Source: Podarcis muralis
Lineage: Eukaryota
NCBI RefSeq assembly: GCF_964188315.1
Contig: NC_135658.1
Location: forward strand, 11,098,001-11,162,000
Length of the DNA stretch: 64,000 nucleotides
Direction of reading: 5' to 3'
Shown: positions 1-10,012 of the stretch, piece by piece
Layout of the letters: each line of letters opens with the position of its first letter
Numbering within the stretch: position 1 is the stretch's first letter
The notes under the pieces: generated by a model
Told to the model about the DNA's origin: nothing
What the model saw: the letters and a program-made list of their open reading frames with translations, nothing else
Database searches by the model: none
Program-made: the position numbers and the translations under genes

Positions 1-223
1 CCCCACCCGCCCCAATATTTAATGCAGGTTGGCCCCGCTGACTCTGACCATGCACAGAGTGATTTCCTTGGATGCCCTTTTGCACAGCCCAGGGAGACAG
101 TTCTTCCCCTCAAACCCGGGCATGCGCAGAGCGGTTTCCCCAGCACCAACCACCCCTCCCCTGAGCATGCACAGAGTGCATTTCCTCAGGAACCCTCCTT
201 CCTTCCCGCCGGCCTCGACCCAC

Positions 224-377
224 CCGTTCCCAGGACGGGCCTCTGTCTGATGGCGTTCTCCAGCAAGACGCTGATCCAGCCCAGGAAGCCCAGGTAGACC
301 GAGCCCCTGTTGAACAGCCGCGGGGGCGGGATCGACCGAGCCTCGTCTGGCAGGCGGAGGTACAGCGGCGACGGCAT
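224..377 (-). CDS. NDUFC2: NADH:ubiquinone oxidoreductase subunit C2, coding exon 1 (rest of gene lies beyond the window start)
   Basis: ATG at 377-375; translation MPSPLYLRLPDEARSIPPPRLFNRGSVYLGFLGWISVLLENAIRQRPVLGT resembles the NDUFC2 N-terminus (LPDEARSLPPP...YIGFLG); phase-1 donor G|GTGGGT at 224/223; syntenic with ALG8. Confidence 0.93.
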
Positions 378-670
378 GGCGGAGGCCGGCGACAAGGGCG
401 CGCAGACCCAGCAGCAGCAGCGGCGCCGCTCGGGGAGGGTCTGGCTTCAAGGGCAGGGGGAGGTCCGCCCCGCAACACCGTCCCCCGCGACTCCCGGCCC
501 GCGACGCAAAGGTTCCGCGGCGCTTTGGTTCCCTCGCCTCGGAGCCAAGGGCAAGGGCGGTCCCTCAGCGACGTCTTCCCCCGCTCCGCATTGCACGCGG
601 CCAGCGACGCGGAGGTTCCGCGACTCTTTGGTTCCCCGCTTCCTAGCCGCCCTCCCAGGGCCGGATTGAG
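230..670. promoter_or_regulatory. CpG island / NDUFC2 promoter and first exon
   Basis: Very GC- and CpG-rich stretch spanning the NDUFC2 start codon, ending abruptly in AT-rich sequence at about 670. Confidence 0.8.
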
Positions 671-909
671 GTTTGATGAGCTACTGAAGGTAATGGGGCC
701 CTTTATATGTCCAGCTGTCCTTTGTCAACAACAAATTGTCCCTGTTTTTTGTGCTGAATATATGCTAGATGGTAATTTATGGACCTCATAGGTATCTCAA
801 GCTATTTGCACATAACAAAATATGTATTTTATCAAAGTAATTGCTGGACTGAAATACAGTAAAGAAGTATATTAATAGCAAAACACAATTAAGAAGTATA
901 TTGTAGTGA

Positions 910-1210
910 GGACGCGGGTGGCGCTGTGGGTTAAACCACAAAGCCTAGGACTTGCCGATCAGAAGGTTGGGGGTTCAAATCCCTGTGACGGGGTGAGCTC
1001 CCGTTGCTCGGTCCCTGCTTCTGCCAACCCAGCAGTTCGAAAGCACGTCAAAGTGCAAGTAGATAAGTAGGTACCGCTCTGGCGGGAAGGTAAACGGCGT
1101 TTCCGTGCGCTGCTCTGTTTCGCCAGAAGCGGCTTAGTCATGCCGAGATGAGCGCCACAACCCAGAGTTGGTCATGACTGGACCTAATGGTCAGGGGTCC
1201 CTTTACCCTT
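910..1210 (+). mobile_element. Sauria SINE
   Basis: GGACGCGGGTGGCGCTGTGGGTTAAACC head and GGTCCCTTTACCCTT tail; internally shortened; many near-identical copies in the window. Confidence 0.88.
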
Positions 1211-1214
1211 ACAT

Positions 1215-1480
1215 CTCCTCTCAGTCTCCTCCTTTCCAGGCCAAACATACCCAGCTCCTTCAACCTTTCCCCATAATGCTTGGCTTCCAGACCCTTGATC
1301 ATCTTGGTTGCCCTCCTCTGCACACATTGCCAACATCCTTCTTAAATTGTGGTGCCCAGAATCAGAATTCCAGATGTGGTCTGACCGAGGCAGACTGGAG
1401 TGGTACTATAACGTCCCTTGATCTGGACACTAGACTTCTGTTGCTGCAGCCTAGAATGGCATAAGCTTTTTGCTGCTGCA
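1215..1480 (-). mobile_element. CR1 LINE 3' fragment
   Basis: Minus-strand peptide [35 protein letters not shown] is the typical CR1 ORF2 C-terminus. Confidence 0.8.
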
Positions 1481-1712
1481 TCACAATGTTGTAGTTTACA
1501 CCAGAGGTGGGTAGATTCCAGCCTTCTACATTTTTTTTCTTTACTTGAACCTAGTGGTCTACCAACCGAAACCAGGTACCACTGAGCCTCTTCAGCTCGC
1601 CAACTGGAAGGTCGGCGGTTCGAATCCCCACAACGTAGTGAGCTCTTGTTGGTCTGTCCCAGCTCCTGCCAACCTACCAGTTTGAAAGCACGCCAGTGCA
1701 AGTAGATAAATA

Positions 1713-1880
1713 CAGTGCGGGGGTGTGGGGGTATTTGATCCCCTGCTAAATTTGCCCATTTGCCCTCTGATGAAGAAACGACCAGTCCATAATTTTAATG
1801 GTAGGTTTATTGTAGCTGTGAGAGACAGAATAACAGGAAAACCCCCAGAAACCCAGAAGACAAAAGTCAGAGATTGATGT
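1713..1880 (+). mobile_element. Tc1-like transposon terminal fragment, inserted at a TA inside a Sauria SINE fragment
   Basis: TA|CAGTG...GTATTTGATCCCCTGCT...ATAATTTTAATGGTAGGTTTATT...GTGAGAGACAGAATA recalls the long TIR of fish/amphibian Tc1 elements; the SINE sequence (about 1580-1712) stops exactly at this TA. Confidence 0.55.
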
Positions 1881-2075
1881 GCCTCTTCAGTCCAGCCTAA
1901 TTTAGGTGGAAAATGTTGTTTGGTTGATGTGAGTCAATGACCCGCAACCCGCGTAGGGTAAATAAGACACAAGGATACATGTATTTTAGGTTAATGGGCT
2001 AAAGAAGGCCAATACTTTATTGGGTACATACAGCATGAGAGTGGTATTGGCTTAGGCATTGGATCAAACAACATA

Positions 2076-2520
2076 CTGTATTTTTTGCTCTATAGGACGC
2101 ACCAGACCATAGGAAGGGGAGAATAAGAAAAAAATAAATTCTTGTTCTCCCCCTCTAAAACAAGGTGCATTCACCCAAAGCCTCGGGAGTGCAGCAGTTC
2201 CCGCTGCACTCTGGAGGCTTCAGGTGGCTACCTTGGAAGCCTGGAGAGCAAGACTCTCCTGGCTTCAGCGAAAGGAACCCAAAGACTTTGGAGCGCAGCG
2301 CGAGGTCCCGCTGTTCTCCAAAGGCTTCAGGGATCTTTGAGGCTGCGGTGAGGGAAAGCAGCACTTCCCCCACACCGCAAGCCCCACAAGTTCGGGGGGC
2401 AGCAGCAAGGCTGCGTGCAGCCTTTGCGCTGCTCCCCGATCTGGTCTTTGAGGCTAGCGGTGGGGGAAAGCAGCGCTTCCCCCCACTGCCAGCCTCACAA
2501 GCTGCTGATGTGGGAACAGC
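2076..2520. mobile_element. Truncated Tc2/pogo-like MITE inside the YR element's A2 repeat
   Basis: TA|CTGTATTTTTTGCTCTATAGGACGCAC terminus and internal segments shared with the complete MITE at 11326-11904; second TIR missing. Confidence 0.7.
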
Positions 2521-2769
2521 TCCCACTCACAACACCTCCCCTCTGGGAGCGGAGGCTTTGTGAGTCAAGGACCTACAATGGGTAAATAAGACACAAGGAC
2601 ACATGTATTTTAGGTTAATGGGCTAAAGGAGGCCACAACTTTATTGGTTACAGCATGTGAGTGGTATTGGCTTAGGCATTGGATCAAACAACCTATATAT
2701 GACCCCACAGGACACATATTCCAATGCCTAACCACCACCTGAGCCAAAGAGGCTCGCCGCCAAATACCC

Positions 2770-3310
2770 TCACAGCTGCAACCAATCCCTAATGCTACTG
2801 ATATCAGCCAACCACACATTATTTCCTTGATCAGACAAATGAACGCCATCGTCTCTAAACAAGGCCACCTCGCTGAATCTGATGTCAACATGCTTGATCA
2901 CATGGCTGTTAATAAAACACAATTTGCGGGCCACCACACAATTCAAGAGTTTCCTGGATTTGTCGATGGCAACGACTGCCACGCCAAACTCTCCTCTTCA
3001 GAAGGGAGGACCAAAACAAGGTAGACTCCGGAAACAGAGCAGCAAGTTCGTCTAAGTCCTTTTTTATGTTCAATAACAAGTCCAAGCTCTTCCTGAAGGC
3101 CAAGTCGTTTCCCCCTTAGCTGAATGATCAGGTGGACCAAACACTGCTGCTTTTGCCTTTATAACTGGCATCAACTCCTCCCATCGCATGCCACGCCTTG
3201 AAATCCAGGAAACTCTCACACTTGCAGTCCCAGGTTGTTGCCCAAGCCGCAATCTCTGGCCCAGTGGACGATACTGTGACCGCAGATCCAAACTTGAATG
3301 TTAAAAGAAG
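2770..3310 (-). pseudogene. Frameshifted SGNH/GDSL-hydrolase-like ORF of the YR element
   Basis: All four SGNH blocks are readable across frames: VWICGHSIVHWA (Ser codon 3273-3275), ISRRGMRW, GGNDL (3101-3115), DGVHLS (DGVH at 2839-2850); preceded by a polypyrimidine tract and CAG acceptor at 3311-3313. Confidence 0.8.
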
Positions 3311-3361
3311 CTGAGGGTAAAAAAACAAGGACAGGTGAGTGGTTGCGTTCTAAAAATTCTT

Positions 3362-4924
3362 TCATATGTACCATTTCAATGCATTCCTGATTCTATTTGT
3401 TGGGTGGCCTAAAGGGCCAGCCATTGCGGCGGCCCCAATCCTGAAAGAGTCGGCAGCATATTCCTCTGCAGGGAAACCACAGGCATCAATCGCTTTGCGC
3501 AATACTTGCGTGAACTGATGCCTCTTCAAGCAGGAACCATCCTCGTGTATGAGTAAAGGGCCACGGCCAGGTGGTCTAAGATATAAGTACCGCCTAGTGT
3601 CTTTTACTGGGCATGGACCCTGGTTTTCAGAAGCAGAAAGTCTGATTGGGACACCTTTTCCCTGTTGGTCAGTTTTTGACCGCTGAATGCATATTATTAA
3701 CTCAGAGTCAGATAATTGTATGTCATTTAAGTGGAGGCCACAAGAGGAACCATCTGGCTGGGCCTCAAACACAACCTCGCCAACGCTCAGGGCTCCGAAG
3801 GCGGCAATGGAGAATGCCGCGGAAAACAAACGTGCTTCATATTTTGACCAACATATTGACCTAAGTTTCTGGCGTATCAGGCAGAAGAGATCAAATGTTA
3901 TCGGCTTTCCTTTTGCAGGTTGGAGTCTGCCCCAGCCCTTAATTGCCATATGAACGATAAAATCAGCACAAGGGTCAGCTGAGAATATAAATTGGCTAAA
4001 AAAGCTGATGGCAGCCGAATGCATTCTTATGGTTTCTGCTGCAAGTCCCAACATATGCAGGTGCGCTAGGTAATGTAACACGTGATCAGTAGTGGGCGGG
4101 ATATTGCGGGCAAGAGCTGAAACCTTGGATCTGAAATCCAGGAAATCGCACCAGGCTTTCTTATACAACCTGAGAGTAGAAGGTTCCAGTGAGGCTAATA
4201 CTCCCTTGATAACTTCACATTTCCAATGCTCCAGAGGTGGTCCGAGAAAGGTTCCGGCAGCTGCTGGGCCGAAGATGCTAAGTGGAAGCAGTTCATCTGA
4301 CTCCTCATCCGTATCCCGCGATCTAGACTTCTCGTAAACGTGTTTCTTCTTGGAGCGTCTCTTCCCTGCTGGCTTATCTGTTGTGGTGGGCTGTTGCTTG
4401 TCTGATGCCTGAAGCTGCAGCTCCTCACCATCAGAGATGCCAGACTCAGGAAGTTGAACCCCTGGTTGCAAGCTCTGAAGAAGACTAGAAGACTGAGACA
4501 TAGACATGTTATTGGGTGGAGCAGAAGCCGACCGACCTGAAGCACGTGCTGCTGCTGACAAGGTGTGGGCCATTCGGGACCTCGCACGAGTCTCTGGAGG
4601 TTGATTAGCTGACAACATAGCCTGCGTACTTGGACTTGCGAATTGGGATTCGTTAAATAATGATGCAGATGTGCCGGGCAGCTCACCATCGAGGGATGAG
4701 GGATCAGGCGCCGTGTCAGGAATAAAACTAGGAGAAGGGGAGGACCTTGGCGAACGGTTAGCAATACGTTGTTCAAAATCATCTATAAAACACCTGAAAG
4801 CATTAAATAATTGAGACATGGTTTTAGGATCAGAATCCTCCTTACGCGACTCCCGATTGCTTGAGGTAGGACGCTTTGCCTTAGAAGTGGGATTCTTGGC
4901 AGGAGCTTTCCTCTTTGGCGCCAT
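3362..4924 (-). CDS. 520-aa ORF: low-complexity gag-like N-terminus fused to a DIRS/Ngaro-type tyrosine recombinase (probably catalytically dead)
   Basis: SLEPSTLRLYKKAWCDF (SAM-like N-domain), AAFGALSVGE, RSKTDQQGKG, DSFRIGAA and terminal WYI are Ngaro/DIRS YR motifs; ATG at 4924-4922, TGA at 3364-3362. Confidence 0.8.
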   Translation of the reverse strand: MAPKRKAPAKNPTSKAKRPTSSNRESRKEDSDPKTMSQLFNAFRCFIDDFEQRIANRSPRSSPSPSFIPDTAPDPSSLDGELPGTSASLFNESQFASPSTQAMLSANQPPETRARSRMAHTLSAAARASGRSASAPPNNMSMSQSSSLLQSLQPGVQLPESGISDGEELQLQASDKQQPTTTDKPAGKRRSKKKHVYEKSRSRDTDEESDELLPLSIFGPAAAGTFLGPPLEHWKCEVIKGVLASLEPSTLRLYKKAWCDFLDFRSKVSALARNIPPTTDHVLHYLAHLHMLGLAAETIRMHSAAISFFSQFIFSADPCADFIVHMAIKGWGRLQPAKGKPITFDLFCLIRQKLRSICWSKYEARLFSAAFSIAAFGALSVGEVVFEAQPDGSSCGLHLNDIQLSDSELIICIQRSKTDQQGKGVPIRLSASENQGPCPVKDTRRYLYLRPPGRGPLLIHEDGSCLKRHQFTQVLRKAIDACGFPAEEYAADSFRIGAAAMAGPLGHPTNRIRNALKWYI

Positions 4925-7042
4925 CGGGAAACGGTTACACAGTGCTAAACAACACTATATACAGCAAAATGCAGTAGTGTGAATTATACTTCTTGTCTCT
5001 TTTTTATTGATTGATCGATTGGATTTTGTTATTAATTTCTATTTAATGAATTTTTATTATTATATATCTTTTATTTATTATCACTTAAGGCTAGCCCTAT
5101 AAGCCAGCTTTAAGGAAAAGGCAGCAAAACTATGCCAGCAACAAACTAGACAAATTAGCTGTGAAAGCAAAACCAAATTATTGAGGCAAAATAACCGCTT
5201 TGAAAAACCCTGTAAAACTGGCAAATGTCCTGCAGCACACAACAGCCAGCTATCCGCAAGCCTTAATTAACTTAGTCCCAATCCCAATTTAAATACGACT
5301 AATGCAATAATTCTAGAACCCCTAGTTAATTTAAACTCAAAACCAAGTGAAATAAATTCACAGCTGTTACTTAGCTCGGTGTTGTTTCAGGTAAACTTGC
5401 GGCTGTTAATAGAGCTCCAAGCCGCTAGAAAATAAAACTGTAGCCAAAAGACTTGTACGTAAACCTTAAAAGTAAAATGAACCAAGATCAATTGTAGCCA
5501 AATCAATTCAAAATAAAGTGATCGAAAGGGAAGCAAGACGTAAGCCCCCCCCCCCAAGTTCAAGGCTCCGGTCCTATGACCGGCAGTGAAGCGATTAGGA
5601 CTACTGGCAAGGCAACTGGAGGGCAATTAAGCAATTTTGGATAACAAAGGACAAAATGCAGGAGCAAGTCAAACAAAAGCAGCCCCGATGAGATGTAGGG
5701 CAAAGGGCGCTGGAGGGAAAAGCACACCCGTCCAGGCAATGCTCCTTGTTAATATGACCCCCAGATGGCTCCCCACAGCAACCCGCAGACGTAGAGGATG
5801 TTTGGAGGAAGAAGCCCCTTTGCTGAGGGAGAAATGCCCTAGCAAATAAGAAAAGGCACCAGTAAGGTTGAAAAAAGGTTTTTTTTTGGGGGGGGGGCTG
5901 AGGAAAAAAAACGGGGAGGGGGGGTTCGAAGCCCACCAGGCTGAATGGAGCCAGCCAATGAAAAACCCCAGAGGAACCTAGAGAGCCCGGAAAAGTAAAA
6001 AGGAAAACAGGCACGCTCTCTCCTCTGAAGGGCAGGGGGAAGCCCCGGCAGGGGAAATCCCAACAAATGACACGACGGCTGGGCTGGTGGGGGGGGTAGT
6101 TAGGGCTGTGAAGGGCTGGGGGAAGCCAAGTAAAGGAGACAACGGCTGGGCTGGGAGAAGCTGAAACAAGGCACTAAGGAGTTGCGAAGGGGAAGCCCCG
6201 GCAGGGGGAATCCCAACAAAGGACTCAAGGGCCGGGAAGAGCAGGATCAGCGCTCCGCCGACCCAAAGCAGCCTCCAAACCTCGAGGAGAAAGAGTCCCG
6301 CCGATCGCGGAGGAGCTGGCGAGGAAGAGGCAGAGATCTTGATCCCACGACTCCAGGAAGCAGAATGAATGAGGCGCAGGGTTGCCGCGTGGCCGCTTGA
6401 ATGAGGCTAGACTCCGCCCCCAAGCCAACCCTATTGGCTGCCTTGACCGGCGTGGCAGTCGGGAAAATCACGCAGGGGGCCGAATACGCTCCTGCTCTCA
6501 CTACCTCCCCTCTGGGAGGAGGAGAGGCTTTGCGTAACGTGGGAATCAGAAACTGCAGATTAACTGCAAATCAGTCCGTAGACCTCCAGATCGTTTCTCC
6601 TTTTGCCCTAGGAGCAGTTGTTGCAGGAAACGCCCCCCCAATCATTTAGTTTGTACAAACTTCACACACACTCACACACTACATACGGTACTGTTATAAA
6701 TTCATAGAAAATCAACCATACATCGGATTTGCACTGTTCCACTTTTATTTTACCCCATGAAGGAAGGACTACAGAATGGGGGAGGTTTCATACAGGGCAG
6801 CCATAATCCCTTGAGCATACCAGCACATCCACAGGAGCCCTGCCCAGTTGCTATGCCAACCCTGATGGTCCTAGACAGAAGACCAATCAAGGACAGAACA
6901 AACTGCATATGTGAGTGGATTCAACACGGACTGCAACAAAGGAACAGTGATTGGGTCTCCCCTCAGGGGGCAGGAAACTGCAACTTCCCTTTTGTCTTCT
7001 GGAAGTGACTCATGGGGAGGGGGAGAAGGGGAACCGGCCAGG

Positions 7043-7339
7043 TGTCATGATACACAGGTTACCTCCACAACCCCTCCCTTAACCCCTCCTGTTTGTGATG
7101 TAGTCATGATGTAGTTATAATGTATTTCTAGGGGTGTAGTTTGGGGGATTAGTAACTAATAAAAGTTGGGGTCTTCTTTTGTTCTGGGCTTCCATTTTGC
7201 TTCATCTTGTTGTGGGTGGGAGTCCTGTCGCAACAGTATTCAATAAAGGCCAAGCCTACAGGCTGCTGTTTTGCTCCAAGTTATCCTGGTTGGTGTCTTT
7301 GTTTTTGTCCAAGGGAGCCCTCGGATTTTCCCGTTAACA
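7043..7339 (+). mobile_element. Solo LTR (about 297 bp)
   Basis: TGTCATG...GTTAACA ends, internal AATAAA, near-duplication CAGG/CAGT on the flanks. Confidence 0.6.
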
Positions 7340-7597
7340 CAGTGAAACAGCTGAATTGTGATGACGTTCTTGGGACTACAATAGTTTTCCCTCCATTACA
7401 TTTGTTAGTTAATGGTAACATTGCAGGGGATTGAACTTCTAACTTTAAGATTCTATGACCATTGCTATTATAAAGGGTCACCATGCTTCTTTTGCACTTT
7501 CCAGCTCTAATTAAATTATCACTCTCTGCACTTTTTGTGTTGCATTTCCCTCTCACCCAAAGCTTTCATGCCCCCCCCCTGCAATTATATTACAGTA

Positions 7598-7954
7598 AAA
7601 AGGTAAAGGTACCCCTGCCCGTACGGGCCAGTCTTGACAGACTCTGGGGTTGTGCGCCCATCTCACTCAAGAGGCCAGGGGCCAGCGCTGTCCGGAGACA
7701 CTTCCGGGTCACGTGGCCAGCGTGACATTGCTGCTCTGGCGAGCCAGAGCCGCACACGGAAACGCCGTTTACCTTCCCGCCAGTAAGCGGTCCCTATTTA
7801 TCTACTTGCACTAGTGTGCTTTCGAACTGTTAGGTTGGCAGGCGCTGGGACCGAGCATCGGAAGCGCACCCCGCCGCGGGGATTCGAACCGCCGACCTTT
7901 CGATCGGCAAGCCCTAGGCGCTGAGGCTTTTACCCACAGCGCCACCCGCGTCCC
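7598..7954 (-). mobile_element. Sauria SINE, full length, variant 3' end (GTACCCCTGCCCGTACGGG)
   Basis: 13-bp TSD TTATATTACAGTA at 7585-7597 and 7955-7967. Confidence 0.92.
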
Positions 7955-8165
7955 TTATATTACAGTACATGTATGCATATGTGTCTCTGTTATCTTATAT
8001 CAGCACATGAAGGAAACTTGGGGGAGGGAAAAATCATTTTAATGCCAGGTTCAGACTTCCCTCAAAGGACCACAGGCTGAGAACCCTTAGCTTCACGGGA
8101 ACCCAAATATCGTACATAAAAAAGGCAACGCTACAATAATTTTTACAAAAGCAATTATTGCATAT

Positions 8166-8171
8166 TTTATT
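8166..8171 (-). terminator. ALG8: Candidate ALG8 polyadenylation signal
   Basis: AATAAA on the minus strand about 525 nt downstream of the ALG8 stop codon. Confidence 0.5.
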
Positions 8172-8695
8172 CACATTTTTCACTCCACGTTTGTAACTGA
8201 CAGTGCAACCCTACCCATATCTACTCAGAAGCAAGTCCCACTGAATTCCGTGGAGCTTCTGCCTAGATAAGTGAGGTTAGGCATGCAGCCTGAGTTTCTT
8301 GTCTGGAGGACAGTCCCATAATACATACAAGTAACCTTACACATTACATGTAAGGATAGACCCGTTAAACGTAACCAGGGATTGCTTCAGCTCAAACTGA
8401 AAGTAAAAAAAGAAAGTCCAATTCCATTTTTAAAAACCCTCCAATTAAGCATCCTTTTGTAAACAAGGCTTCTCCTGCAATTCTCTTTTCATGTCAGGAA
8501 TTGCCCCTGCTTATTTAAGGGTATTTGCTCACTAATTTCTTGCTCCCACATCCTTAAAGAAACAGCAGCTATTTCTGGAGCACCTCTGCATGAACAGCAC
8601 ATGGCACCATGTGTGGCAGGAGCCAACACTGTTTAGCATGATTTGGAGGCTATTCTGGAGGTATCGCCGTTGACTCGGGTATGTTGTAAGCATCG

Positions 8696-8927
8696 CTATT
8701 CTTTCTTTCGCCTGACAGCTGGTGGTCCCGTGAAGGCAGAGATGTACAGTTTGAGCCAAGCGTACGTGACACCTACAGCACAATATACAGAGGTGAGCAA
8801 TAAAGGGAGGAAAGGGAATTTGACTATCCAGGTGGTGAAAGGCATCACAATTTCACACAAGATTTCCAGAGGTATCAGCCCAATGAGGTAGATTGTTTCC
8901 AACCAATTAAGCAGAGGCCCTTCTTTT
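8696..8927 (-). CDS. ALG8: ALG8 alpha-1,3-glucosyltransferase coding exon 13 (last)
   Basis: CAG acceptor; [61 protein letters not shown]...RRKKE-TAG. Confidence 0.95.
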
Positions 8928-9455
8928 CTGCAGGGAGAGAGAAAGCAGAAAAAAGGATTTTAATATAATCACTTCACAAATTATCACTTTGAAATAGTTA
9001 CTGATATCTAAAATCAACCCCTCTTTTGCAAAGCAGAGCAAGCATGTCTTATTCTGGAGGAAATATCTAAATCGGGGATTGAGAACCAGTGACCCTCCAA
9101 ATATTTGCTCCGCAGCTCCCATCATTCCAGACCATTGACTGATGAGCTGGGAGTCCAAAAACACAGCCAGAAGGCCACAGGTTCGCTATTCCCAGTCTAA
9201 ATGCAAGAGCAAAGACTTGCTAGGCCGACAGGGAACCCCAGTCTAAAATGTGAGCAGGTTGTGGGCCCCACTTCCTTAAGACAACCAAAAGATGAACTCA
9301 GAGACATTTGCAAGCCAAGCAACCCCTAATGGAAGCTTACCTTTGCAAAAACATTTAGGCTGTAATCCTAACCCCGCTTACCTGGGAGTAAGGGCCACGG
9401 AACCCAACAACTAACTTGTGGTTAGACATGGTAAGATTGCGCAGTTGGTCATTAC

Positions 9456-9528
9456 CTGAATATGGCCTTCAGCGAGGAAAAGCTATACACCGTGAAGAGC
9501 AGCATGAGCAAGATTTTAATTGGCAGTT
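9456..9528 (-). CDS. ALG8: ALG8 exon 12
   Basis: 73 nt, [29 protein letters not shown] bounded, phases fit. Confidence 0.93.
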
Positions 9529-9657
9529 CTGAAACACAACAAACAGTTGGCAGATGTTGTATATGGCCAAAACAATAGGGGGAGGGGAATACTCTTTGTA
9601 TTTTGACATTTATTTTGTTTAACAAAGTGCATATACCACTTGATTAAAAAAAAAATG

Positions 9658-10012
9658 GGGACGCGGGTGGCGCTGTGGGTTAAACCACAGAGCCTAGGAC
9701 TTGCCGATTAGAAGGTCGGCAGTTCGAATCCCCACGACGGGGTGAGCTCCCGTTGCTTGGTCCCAGCTCCTGCCCACCTAGCAGTTCGAAAGCACGTCAA
9801 ACTGCAAGTAGATAAATAGGTACCGCTCTGGCGGGACGGTAAACGGCGTTTCCGTGCGCTGCTCTGGTTCGCCAGAAGCGGCTTAGTCATGCTGGCCACA
9901 TGACCCAGAAGCAGTACGCCGGCTCCCTTGGCCAATAAAGCGAGATGAGCGCCACAACCCCAGAGTCGACCACGACTGGACCTAATGGTCACGGGTCCCT
10001 TTACCTTTACCT
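9658..10012 (+). mobile_element. Sauria SINE, full length
   Basis: Canonical head and (ACCTTT)n tail. Confidence 0.9.

Larger units (their letters stand above)
1927..6529 (-). mobile_element. Ngaro-like tyrosine-recombinase retroelement derivative lacking RT/RNase H, with split direct repeats A1...B1-A2-B2
   Basis: YR ORF 3362-4924; SGNH remnant 2770-3310; repeat B at 1927-2072 and 2558-2692; repeat A end (ACCTCCCCTCTGGGAG..GAGGCT) at 6503-6529 and 2534-2557. Confidence 0.8.

Noticed and set aside
48-185. Three imperfect copies of CATGCACAGAGTG(C)ATTTCC in NDUFC2 intron 1
   Set aside because: A similar word occurs at about 42780 in another context, suggesting an old dispersed repeat; no further structure supports a regulatory array
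19-791. Several 70-143 aa ORFs around the NDUFC2 start
   Set aside because: GC-rich CpG-island frames with few stops; only the minus frame 224-377 matches a known protein
3362-4924. Interpreting the YR ORF as a Crypton DNA transposon or phage integrase contamination
   Set aside because: Split direct repeats, the RNase H-like remnant, the SGNH cargo and a nested lizard MITE fit a native Ngaro-type retroelement derivative
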